From: a virus
DNA length: 64,000 nt
Direction: 5' to 3' (one strand)
Virus record (IMG/VR): IMGVR_UViG_3300044729_002678
Span: 64,001 to 128,000 of that record
Shown here in pieces: positions 19,251 through 28,116 of this stretch. The position numbers and the translations under genes are program-made. The notes under the pieces are model-generated. The model ran no database searches, was not told the DNA's origin, and saw nothing but the letters and a program-made list of their open reading frames with translations. The first letter of the stretch is position 1, and each line of letters opens with the position of its first letter.

Positions 19251-21152
19251 TTAAACATCGTTATTTAATATGTTTCTTTCATCCAACATATCAAATTTTT
19301 GGTTTTTTTCATCGGTATCTGTCAACAATGACTCAACTATAATTTTTTTAGTTTTTATTTTTGAATTTTGTAAGCTTGTTTTTAACTGCATCCCTTCAAC
19401 AGAAAGTGGTGATTTCCTAAATGTATGGTATGCTTTTTCAGGTTTTATATCCGTTTCATATCCCATTGCGTTTCTTCCAAAAGAACTATCATCAGTTCCA
19501 GCAATACTACCCTCTTCCGGTCTACCAGCCCCTTCAAATCCACCAGGAGGTGAACCACCTTCATTATCACCAGAAGCAGGTTGCCCTCCCGCTTCTGCCG
19601 ATTGTTGTGATAATGCTGCCAAATCATGCGGAGTTCCAAACGATTCACCAGTCTTAATTGGGTCATTACCCTCAGTTTCAATTTGGGACTGTCTAAATCC
19701 TAATTTCAAATCGTTAATAACTTTAACCTGTTCTGCTTTCCACTCATCATCGGACATGTTAAATATATTTTTATATACCCATTCTTGTGAAAGTAGTTTT
19801 GATGTTTTTATATCCGATGCCAATCGCACATTTTCAATCCAAAGAGCAACCTTTTCTTGCTGATAAATTATTGATGGTGGTGTTAATTCTAAATAGAAGT
19901 TAGATAAGGCCTCATTTTCGTATCCCTGTGCATACAAATGTATGATTGCTATTTTTGTCAATTCGGATAAAACAATTTTTTGTACCCGCTCAATACTCCT
20001 AGCAAAACGAATATCTTGTTGAGCAAGCGTCGCTTTACCCTCTACACCCTCTTCATAACCAATAAATGCTTTTGGAACTTTAAGAGCGGCCTGCATTCGG
20101 TTTTTAAGATAATTTATATCCTCAATACCAGTGAATTCCATTCCACCCAAAGTATCAATTTGAGTACCACTTTGACCACCTCTTACGGGTAAATAATAAT
20201 CTTCTAACATATTTTGTATGTTAAATTTAAGATTATAATCACCAGTAGCTTCATCTACATAAGGAACTTTTTTCATTTGGTCTATAATGTTCCTAACATG
20301 CTGGTCTACTTCATTTGGTGGTATGTTACCAACATCAATTTTAAATACCCTTTTTTCAGGAGCACGCATAATACGATGAATTAACATCGCATCTTCCATA
20401 AGGGTTAATTGTTTCCAAGTTTTTCTAGCAGGTTCTAATAAGGAACGACCATAAGGTAAAAAGTTTGTGTCTGAAAATAACCTAAAATGGGCTATTTTAT
20501 AAAATGGAATATAATTTTGTATATCGTTGCTAGATTTTTGATAATTAAATCCGGTAGCACCACCACCCATCGTTGTCATTTTAAATCTAACTTCATATGG
20601 GTTATCGGAATTAAACCCCTCTTCTCTTTCAATTTCATATGCTGATATTGGTGATACATTTACAATACCAATACCCTCTTCAATATCTAAGTTAAGATAG
20701 TAATCGCCATATTTATTCATCCCTCTAATCCACGCCCAAAGATTAAATTCTATATTAAGGACATCATAAAAAAGATTTTGTAATATTTTTTTAATATTTT
20801 CATCATCCGAATTAATCCTCAATACATCCCCAAGATCGTTCTTGAGTGTGCATTCATCCGAGTAAATATCTAAAACGGATGCAATAATTGAATCTTTATC
20901 CATCGCCTCATAATCAGTATAAAGTTCTAACCGATTGGATGAATAATTGTATTGATTATTGTAAGTTTCCCAATTTTGACGAGATGAGTGTAATCTACCA
21001 AATCTATCGTAGTAGGAAGTTCCTTTTATATTACCCTGCGATTGTAATCGTTGTGTATCAATAGCCCTAGTTTTACCCTTACCAATTCTTCTTACTACAA
21101 CCTGAGTTGAAAAGAGTTTTTGTAATCTACCGAATAAAGATTTATCTGCCAT
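19251..21152 (-). CDS. Portal protein (T4 gp20-like)
   Basis: LMEDAMLIHRIMRAPEKRVFKIDVGNIP, LEDYYLPVRGG, ALKVPK motifs. Confidence 0.96.
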   Translation of the reverse strand: MADKSLFGRLQKLFSTQVVVRRIGKGKTRAIDTQRLQSQGNIKGTSYYDRFGRLHSSRQNWETYNNQYNYSSNRLELYTDYEAMDKDSIIASVLDIYSDECTLKNDLGDVLRINSDDENIKKILQNLFYDVLNIEFNLWAWIRGMNKYGDYYLNLDIEEGIGIVNVSPISAYEIEREEGFNSDNPYEVRFKMTTMGGGATGFNYQKSSNDIQNYIPFYKIAHFRLFSDTNFLPYGRSLLEPARKTWKQLTLMEDAMLIHRIMRAPEKRVFKIDVGNIPPNEVDQHVRNIIDQMKKVPYVDEATGDYNLKFNIQNMLEDYYLPVRGGQSGTQIDTLGGMEFTGIEDINYLKNRMQAALKVPKAFIGYEEGVEGKATLAQQDIRFARSIERVQKIVLSELTKIAIIHLYAQGYENEALSNFYLELTPPSIIYQQEKVALWIENVRLASDIKTSKLLSQEWVYKNIFNMSDDEWKAEQVKVINDLKLGFRQSQIETEGNDPIKTGESFGTPHDLAALSQQSAEAGGQPASGDNEGGSPPGGFEGAGRPEEGSIAGTDDSSFGRNAMGYETDIKPEKAYHTFRKSPLSVEGMQLKTSLQNSKIKTKKIIVESLLTDTDEKNQKFDMLDERNILNNDV

Positions 21153-21155
21153 AAG

Positions 21156-21163
21156 TATAAATA
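21156..21163 (-). promoter_or_regulatory. Putative late promoter TATTTATA, 3 nt before the portal ATG
   Basis: Coding strand reads TATTTATActtATG. Confidence 0.6.
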
Positions 21164-21171
21164 TAATTTTT

Positions 21172-22755
21172 TTAAAATAACCAACCTAAATCAACATCAT
21201 TACCACGAATATCTTTCATAATATATGGATTTTGGCCTGAGTTTTTACTTGAGAATACCGTTATTTGATTTCCAGATACACGGGTGATACTACTTAAAGC
21301 ATTTCTTGTTAAGTTCATACCTTGCTGTCTTAACTTCAATGCGGTATCTCTAACCCAAAGACCTGTAGAAAATGATATAACCAAATCATCATTATATCCC
21401 CTTTGTGCCTCTGCTTTTGACCCATTCCATATAAAAACAAATAACTCATCCAACAATCGTTTAGAGTGAATTATTGGTGATTTTTCTCTCATATAAGTAT
21501 CTAATTTAGATACTATTAAAGGCCTCGTTTTTTGTGTCATTGAAAATCCTGGCACCATATCTTCTTTTTGCTTTAAATCCCATCCCCTCCTTAAATGAAT
21601 ATCTTCATCTATATATCCCAACTCCCTATACGAATAGTAAAGATTTCCATAATTACGGTCAATTACTTCCTGAATAACAGCCCATCCAATATTTGCATTT
21701 TCAATCACCAAAAGGGCGTTGTTCCATTCTGCTGCTACCGATGATAAGAAAGCACCATATTGTTTTGTTTCTATTTTACCTTTGTATTCCGCCACCTGCT
21801 CTAACTGCTCAACATCAATCACATGAAAAGCAGAATAATCTGCTCCATCTCCCCTTGCAACATCCGCCACAACTATATAATCTTTTGAATAGTTAGGATA
21901 ATCCCATATCCAATAATTTGCATCAAATCCACGCTTCTCAATAGGTTCTGTTACATGCGTTTCTTTATACCACTCCAATACAGAACCATCAACGACTGTG
22001 TAACCTGATGAAATAAAATCAGTATCACATTCTTGAGCAGCACCCTTTTCCCCCAATAATCTTGTTTGTTCATCTCTCCATCTTTGATTTCTTTCGGGGT
22101 GAACCGTCCAGTGTAATCTCGTTGGATGCCATTTATCACCAGCTTCTCCCTGCTGCCAAACTTTATGGAAAAAATTACCAACCCCATTTGGTGTTGAAAG
22201 AACTATTGCACCACCACCAGTTGAAAGTGTGGATTGTGCAGATAACCAAATCTCTTCAATACCTTTGATAAATGCGGCCTCATCTATAATCAATAAAGAA
22301 AGTGCTTCAGAACGTCCTGCGGTTTCAGTCGCAGAAACTGCTTTGATTTGAGAACCATTTTTTAATCGAAGTGATAATTTATTATCTTCAGCAGCACCCA
22401 CCTTTAACCAACTTGGTAGATTATCATACATAAATCTAACCTTTGTAACCAAGTTTTTTGCTACATCTTGCGTTGTTGCAATTACAAGAACATTCTTATC
22501 TCTATGAAATATCATCAACCAAGTTGCGTATCCAGCTGAAATAGTTGATATACCTAATTGGCGGGATTTTAGAATAACATTAAATCGGTGGGTTTTAAAA
22601 GAATCAATTAAATCTTCTTGGAAATCATATAGGTTAAATAATATTTTTCCCCTATGCGGGTGCTGTATGTAACAATATTTTTTAAAAAAATATATTGGGT
22701 CTTTCGCACACTTTACATACTCTTCTGATATTAATTCTTTTAAAGTTTTCGGCAT
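21172..22755 (-). CDS. terL: Terminase large subunit (gp17-like)
   Basis: KSRQLGIST Walker A, LLIIDEAAF Walker B, STPNG, VADVARG and NDDLV nuclease motifs. Confidence 0.96.
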   Translation of the reverse strand: MPKTLKELISEEYVKCAKDPIYFFKKYCYIQHPHRGKILFNLYDFQEDLIDSFKTHRFNVILKSRQLGISTISAGYATWLMIFHRDKNVLVIATTQDVAKNLVTKVRFMYDNLPSWLKVGAAEDNKLSLRLKNGSQIKAVSATETAGRSEALSLLIIDEAAFIKGIEEIWLSAQSTLSTGGGAIVLSTPNGVGNFFHKVWQQGEAGDKWHPTRLHWTVHPERNQRWRDEQTRLLGEKGAAQECDTDFISSGYTVVDGSVLEWYKETHVTEPIEKRGFDANYWIWDYPNYSKDYIVVADVARGDGADYSAFHVIDVEQLEQVAEYKGKIETKQYGAFLSSVAAEWNNALLVIENANIGWAVIQEVIDRNYGNLYYSYRELGYIDEDIHLRRGWDLKQKEDMVPGFSMTQKTRPLIVSKLDTYMREKSPIIHSKRLLDELFVFIWNGSKAEAQRGYNDDLVISFSTGLWVRDTALKLRQQGMNLTRNALSSITRVSGNQITVFSSKNSGQNPYIMKDIRGNDVDLGWLF

Positions 22756-22764
22756 TGGTTTTTA

Positions 22765-23367
22765 TTATTTACTTATTTTCCAATAAACTTTTCCTGTAAA
22801 GTTTGGTACTAAATTATTATCAAAACCAATTCCAAGTGCATATGCTTTTTTCTTTTTTGTTTTTAATAATAATTCACCATTTAAAACCATAAAATTTTTA
22901 TTTGCGGTAATACCTGTTCCCAAATAAACTTCTCTTTTATTTACTAAAATCGTATTTGTTACAATTTTTGTGGGTATTAAAATATTTGAAATATGCTGCC
23001 GTGCTTCAATTTGATTTTTTGAAATAGTATCTTTCATCACAATATAACCAAATGTATCCACAGCAATTGTATCTTCGTAATAATATTTTGCGTAGTAATC
23101 TCTCAAAAGAGACATAGTATCTATTGGTTCATTTTGATTAATAAAAATACTATCTATATCAACTACAACTTTATCTTTCCATTCTGGGGCATAAACCTCC
23201 GATTCAGTATTAATAGTATCGTATTTATACTCTATCGTTGTTACTGTATCAATTATGGGTTCGTTATTGAAAATATTCTTAACAAAACCCATAGGTAATT
23301 TATCCCTAAGTAAAAATAGGGCGATTAACAATATTATTACAGATATAATAATTTTAGACAGTTTCAT
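22765..23367 (-). CDS. Membrane-anchored protein (possibly lysis/spanin-related)
   Basis: N-terminal hydrophobic segment, DT-rich stalk, beta-rich C-terminus. Confidence 0.5.
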   Translation of the reverse strand: MKLSKIIISVIILLIALFLLRDKLPMGFVKNIFNNEPIIDTVTTIEYKYDTINTESEVYAPEWKDKVVVDIDSIFINQNEPIDTMSLLRDYYAKYYYEDTIAVDTFGYIVMKDTISKNQIEARQHISNILIPTKIVTNTILVNKREVYLGTGITANKNFMVLNGELLLKTKKKKAYALGIGFDNNLVPNFTGKVYWKISK

Positions 23368-23611
23368 TATTTTTTTTCTGCTTTTTTTGTCTTGATTTAT
23401 AATTATTTCTTCTTTTTGGTTTTGGTTTTACTTCTTCTGTTTTCACTTCTGGTGATAATTGACCCACAGATGCTTTTGCAGATGTAAGTGGTTTGATTTG
23501 TGTTTTTAATGGTTCTATCTTTACAATTTCTAATGTTTCAGGTAAATTTATTATTTTTTTACCCATAAAAAATCGATCGAACGAACTCAATAACTTTTTT
23601 AAAATGCTCAT
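23354..23611 (-). CDS. Small basic hypothetical protein
   Basis: AGGAGG SD; TATTTATA at 23630-23637. Confidence 0.6.
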   Translation of the reverse strand: MSILKKLLSSFDRFFMGKKIINLPETLEIVKIEPLKTQIKPLTSAKASVGQLSPEVKTEEVKPKPKRRNNYKSRQKKQKKNNETV

Positions 23612-23652
23612 AACTTTTCCTCCTATTATTATAAATACTGATTTTAATTTTA

Positions 23653-24588
23653 TTAAACTAATTTTGATATAAGTTCATTTGCTTTACCTATTAACAAATC
23701 ATTATATGAACTGTTTGTTATTATTGGTAGAGCTGCTATTATATCTTTTTTGGATTGAATATACATTTTTGATTTTGGGCTGTTTTCAAACTTTTTTGCG
23801 CCCCAAAGATGATAGATTGATTTATTTAATAACTCCTGTGCTTCTTCGGGTTCACCATCTAAATTAAAAGAATAAAACGATTTATTGGTGTATATAACTG
23901 GAACTAATGCTTTTGTTTTTACGTTCTTAACCCCCTTTGATAATGCGGCTAAAAACCATTGCTCCAATGTAATTTGAGCGGAAGATGCGGCATACATCTT
24001 TTTTTTCTCATCTGTCATATTTTTTATTTCACCACTCGCACCCAATACAAATTTAAAATACTTAGAAACATATTCTTTTTTAAATTTCTCATTTTTCATA
24101 CCAACTACCGCACAATTCATTGGAAAAGAATCTATAAATAGTTGTTTAAGTTTTTCATCCCATCTCCAACTAGATGAATGTTCAATATCTAATGGATTCC
24201 CATATGTGAATGGTGATTCTCTATGTAAATACAATAAATCACAATCATCCATTTCTTTTTTTAGGTTTTTATATAATACCAAATCAGTATCATAAATAAC
24301 AAAAGGCGCTTTTAATTTAGACATAGCCCATATTTTAGGGGATGCCCAAAAATTATTAGAAATCATTTCATATGGATAATCATCAAAATAATGGGTAATA
24401 ACTTTATCGTATAATGGGGTTATATTCCAATTATCATAAAATTCTTTTGATTTTTTATCGGTAATTAAATAAAGTGGTGTATTTGAATTGTAAATTTTGT
24501 GTACTATACACGAATACATTTGAACCAATAACTCAAAACTTCCAGGCGGTCTATCATCGTTGACCAAAAATACATGATACGCATTCAT
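23653..24588 (-). CDS. Putative GT-A fold glycosyltransferase
   Basis: YLITD, FWASPK, YDTDL (DxD), EQW and YHLWG motifs; TATTTATA at 24603-24610. Confidence 0.6.
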   Translation of the reverse strand: MNAYHVFLVNDDRPPGSFELLVQMYSCIVHKIYNSNTPLYLITDKKSKEFYDNWNITPLYDKVITHYFDDYPYEMISNNFWASPKIWAMSKLKAPFVIYDTDLVLYKNLKKEMDDCDLLYLHRESPFTYGNPLDIEHSSSWRWDEKLKQLFIDSFPMNCAVVGMKNEKFKKEYVSKYFKFVLGASGEIKNMTDEKKKMYAASSAQITLEQWFLAALSKGVKNVKTKALVPVIYTNKSFYSFNLDGEPEEAQELLNKSIYHLWGAKKFENSPKSKMYIQSKKDIIAALPIITNSSYNDLLIGKANELISKLV

Positions 24589-24625
24589 CGAAACTTATTT
24601 AGTATAAATATGGATTAAAAAGTAA

Positions 24626-24895
24626 TTAATCCAATTCTTTTATCATTACTTTTAATGGTGTTTTTCCCTTTAGTATCCTATGATATGTTTCTTTTTGTAT
24701 GGTAAATACATCCCCAACTTTAAGTTCTATTGGTAGTTTATTATCAGATTGAAAATACCAACCTTTTCCATCAACTACTTCAACCAATCTTGTTTTTTTA
24801 TCTCTATGCCATACTAATTCTGAATTATCTACATCCGTATCAAAAGACCGGTAGATAATACTTTTAGATTTGGTTTCTGCGTATGGTTTACTCAT
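24626..24895 (-). CDS. Cupin-fold protein
   Basis: WHRD...GWYFQ...GDVFTI...YHRI. Confidence 0.7.
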   Translation of the reverse strand: MSKPYAETKSKSIIYRSFDTDVDNSELVWHRDKKTRLVEVVDGKGWYFQSDNKLPIELKVGDVFTIQKETYHRILKGKTPLKVMIKELD

Positions 24896-24896
24896 T

Positions 24897-26654
24897 TTAC
24901 CAATATGAATTTATATCCTCACCACCACCGATTTTAGACCAATGGCGGGGTAAATTACAACTCCAATAACCTGGTGTAGTTTTATCTTTCTTATCAGGAC
25001 AATTGTGCCTGTCTGAAAATGCTTTTCTTGCTTCTGGGTTATTTATTTTTGCAGTTAACCCACCCTTTACATCGCCGAAAGTTACTTTTCTAATATTATC
25101 ACTTTCTGGGTCTTTTACATAAACTACATATTTTTTACCTTCACCTGAATTTCTTTTGGGTGAATTTAATTCTACTTCTTGTCCCTGATATTCTGCTTCG
25201 GTTAAAATTGGAAAATCTAAAAGAACTTTTTTTCCCTCATAAATACCAACCTTACCTAAATCGGAATCTAAAAACCATTCATCGCTTTCATTCATTGGTA
25301 TAAATTCACCCTTTTTCCAAAGAGTTCTACATTCATTTACCAACTTAAAGAATTTGGGAGAACCATACCTGTAAATATTTTCTGATATTGGTTTTTTGTT
25401 TTTTATGTGATATTGAAGCCCCTCACTCAAGTTTTTTTTTACTTCACCCAACGGATTACCATTTACATTTAATTCACCATTTAGGTAATGTTTCGCATTT
25501 ACCATTAGAGTTTTTGCACTAACAATATCAGATTGCCACCAATGTGGAAAATCAATCTCTTCTTCCGCATTATCAAATTGCCCTAATAATTCATATAATT
25601 CTTTTGCATATTTTGCGATACGAAAAAGGTCTGCTTTTAACATATTTGGTTCATCGTCTTGATGTCCTACATCTATATCCTCTGTCAAACTTTTTAACTT
25701 CTTTAACTTTGTTGTTAAATCAGCCATATCTTTCAAATGGGCTTTTTGCGCAGGGGTTCTATCACCCTGTGGAATTTTTGTAAACTCCACCGTTTTTTTG
25801 GCGTTATCTTTTAATTTTTTTTGGATTGATAACATCTCCTTTTTTTGTTTTTCAGTACCCTTTCCCACTTTTTTAACTGAAGAAACCGATGGTTCATCAT
25901 CATCAACTTCATTTATAACAGGGTATTTCTTACCACCAAATTCAAACTCTTTCAATCCTTCTTTTCTTGCTTTAAAAAGTGCCCCAGTAAAAGCATTTCC
26001 CTCGTTTACTGATTCTTTTTTCATTTTTCTTTTTTGTAGAACTAATTGTTGAATTTGTGAAAATATGGATTGTATATCCTTATCTAATTGTTTTTCATCT
26101 GCGCTCATTGGTGATTCAATATCTACATTGGAGTAAAGTTTTTTCTTTTTTGCAATTAATACATCCACCTTTTTAATTAAATCATTTTTTACTTTATCCA
26201 AATCTTTTATTATATCTTCGGTAGTATTTTCTTTTATTACCCCCTCCCGCCTATTCAACAACTTAAACGCAATGGTCTGCATTTTCATAAGTCCTGCGTT
26301 TACAAATTGGTCCCTATTCTCCTGTTTCTTCAATTGGTCATAAACGGATATGATAGCGGATGCTGAGTATGAATCTACTTTCATCTGCTTTCCGGTCTTA
26401 GGGTCTTTAACTGATTTATAACCTGACCTCATAACATCTCTTAGTTGAGTTATTACCGGCGGTTCATTCTTTGCTTCATTTACTACCCCTTCTTCGGTTT
26501 TCCAACCCCCACCAGCTGCTTTGTATTGTTTTGCTGCCCAGGCATTGGCGTAGGCACTTGGATATACGTCAAACTTTTTTTTTGCCTGCGATTTATAGTA
26601 AGACCATTTTGAAGGGTCGGTTGGAACATTCTTTTCTACCAATTGTTTTTTCAT
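24897..26654 (-). CDS. Modular putative head-internal polyprotein
   Basis: Start MKKQLVE with GAGGT SD; about 8 modules delimited by LVE, VVNE, VIKE, KESVNE, VINE, SLTE, NLSE and ILTE; C-terminal RHNC...GYWSC domain. Confidence 0.65.
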   Translation of the reverse strand: MKKQLVEKNVPTDPSKWSYYKSQAKKKFDVYPSAYANAWAAKQYKAAGGGWKTEEGVVNEAKNEPPVITQLRDVMRSGYKSVKDPKTGKQMKVDSYSASAIISVYDQLKKQENRDQFVNAGLMKMQTIAFKLLNRREGVIKENTTEDIIKDLDKVKNDLIKKVDVLIAKKKKLYSNVDIESPMSADEKQLDKDIQSIFSQIQQLVLQKRKMKKESVNEGNAFTGALFKARKEGLKEFEFGGKKYPVINEVDDDEPSVSSVKKVGKGTEKQKKEMLSIQKKLKDNAKKTVEFTKIPQGDRTPAQKAHLKDMADLTTKLKKLKSLTEDIDVGHQDDEPNMLKADLFRIAKYAKELYELLGQFDNAEEEIDFPHWWQSDIVSAKTLMVNAKHYLNGELNVNGNPLGEVKKNLSEGLQYHIKNKKPISENIYRYGSPKFFKLVNECRTLWKKGEFIPMNESDEWFLDSDLGKVGIYEGKKVLLDFPILTEAEYQGQEVELNSPKRNSGEGKKYVVYVKDPESDNIRKVTFGDVKGGLTAKINNPEARKAFSDRHNCPDKKDKTTPGYWSCNLPRHWSKIGGGEDINSYW

Positions 26655-26667
26655 AATTAACCTCAAA

Positions 26668-27162
26668 TTATGGTGTATAATTAGATATGTTCATTTTAAC
26701 AAATGTTTCAATATCTTTTGGTGATAATACCTGCTGCATTTCAAATCCAGAAAAAGCCCGCGTACCTAAAAATACAAATCCTTTTGCGGTTTCATAGTTC
26801 GCAGGAATATCATCATCAGTATTAACAAATTCAGATGGTAAATAAGTTACCAAAGCGTTAAATACCGAATGGTGTGGCCCAATTTCCGGATTTGGTTTTA
26901 CCGATATCGGTTGATTTCCTATCCTAAATTTTCTAATCATTAAACCATACCCCTTACCAGGATTTTGGTATCTTCTAAACCAATTATCTTTTTCTAAACG
27001 ATAAACAGCAGTTTTTCCATCTACCTTTCTCATAAGAATCAATCTTATCATAGATTCGTTTGGTGGATCGGTTGGCATGTTTCTAAAATCTTTAACACTT
27101 GCTTCAGTTAAAACTGATTTTATTGATTCTCTAATCAATTTTCTTAATTGGGATTGTTTCAT
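26668..27162 (-). CDS. Hypothetical protein with capsid-targeting-like leader
   Basis: MKQSQLRKLIRESIKSVLTE leader; GGAG SD. Confidence 0.6.
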   Translation of the reverse strand: MKQSQLRKLIRESIKSVLTEASVKDFRNMPTDPPNESMIRLILMRKVDGKTAVYRLEKDNWFRRYQNPGKGYGLMIRKFRIGNQPISVKPNPEIGPHHSVFNALVTYLPSEFVNTDDDIPANYETAKGFVFLGTRAFSGFEMQQVLSPKDIETFVKMNISNYTP

Positions 27163-27166
27163 TTTT

Positions 27167-27511
27167 TTATGCTCCGGTTTTTACATATACAGGCGTTTGC
27201 CCTTTTTCTTTTTCATTTCCTTTTTTGGCATCCCCACCCTTTTTTTGAGCTGCCCGTTTTCTTCTTACAAAACTTGCTATCCCATCCTTACCCAACTTTT
27301 GGGCTTTTTCTTTGGATAAGCAAGCAGAATATGGTTCTCCCTCTTCCGCATCACCACACTTACCAAGTTTTTCACCTGTGGTAGAATATCTATCCCAACC
27401 ACCACCAGTAGTTGAGCCGGTTTTACCCTTGCCAAACCATTTTCTTAAATCTTCTACAATAACTTTTCTTACTGCTGATTTAATTAGGTGCTCAAGTTGT
27501 GGTTTCTTCAA
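27167..27511 (-). CDS. Small basic Cys-containing protein (DUF5872-like) with capsid-targeting-like leader
   Basis: (M)KKPQLEHLIKSAVRKVIVE then DLRKWF...KCG...CL...RRKRAA; TTG start at 27511 inferred (the track starts at 27556). Confidence 0.55.
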   Translation of the reverse strand: MKKPQLEHLIKSAVRKVIVEDLRKWFGKGKTGSTTGGGWDRYSTTGEKLGKCGDAEEGEPYSACLSKEKAQKLGKDGIASFVRRKRAAQKKGGDAKKGNEKEKGQTPVYVKTGA

Positions 27512-28094
27512 GTTCTTTCTCCAATTTTCCAATATAATCAACTCGTAACTTTTCAAAATCAGTATCTACTTTTGATAGAACATCTTCTATATTAACTCCA
27601 TTCCATTCTTCAACCGAACCATTTTCGTTGATGAACTTCATTTTTAACGCAACTTTAAGGGCCTCTTTTTCAAATTGAGCCTGCTTTAACCATGCTTTCG
27701 CATTCTCAAGCATTTTTCTTTTTTCATATCTATCATACTCTCCACTTATTCTTAGTTTTGATTCCATACTTAATACACAATCAAAACACATGCCGTGAAA
27801 AGCACGCATTTTTTCATCCAATCTTTTTGGGTTTTTACAGTCGCAAATTTCCTTCATACAATTAGGAAACTTTCTCAAGTCCTCCCTTAATTGATGAAGC
27901 TTGCCGAGCTTTACTTTATATCCGGCTTTTTGCTCCCACATATCCCCATTCTCATCTTCCCATTGTTCACCAACTGAACGACGAACATAAGTAGGTGAGT
28001 TTTCAAAACCAACGGTTGTTTTTGTTTGCGTTTTATGAACACCCGCCAACATTTCAGTAACCGCTTTTGTATTTTTTAATTTACTATTTCCCAT
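27492..28094 (-). CDS. Hypothetical protein with Cys cluster (CxxxxCxC...CxxC)
   Basis: 200-aa ORF; TATTTATA at 28104-28111. Confidence 0.65.
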   Translation of the reverse strand: MGNSKLKNTKAVTEMLAGVHKTQTKTTVGFENSPTYVRRSVGEQWEDENGDMWEQKAGYKVKLGKLHQLREDLRKFPNCMKEICDCKNPKRLDEKMRAFHGMCFDCVLSMESKLRISGEYDRYEKRKMLENAKAWLKQAQFEKEALKVALKMKFINENGSVEEWNGVNIEDVLSKVDTDFEKLRVDYIGKLEKELEETTT

Positions 28095-28116
28095 AACTTT
28101 TTATATAAATATATAA

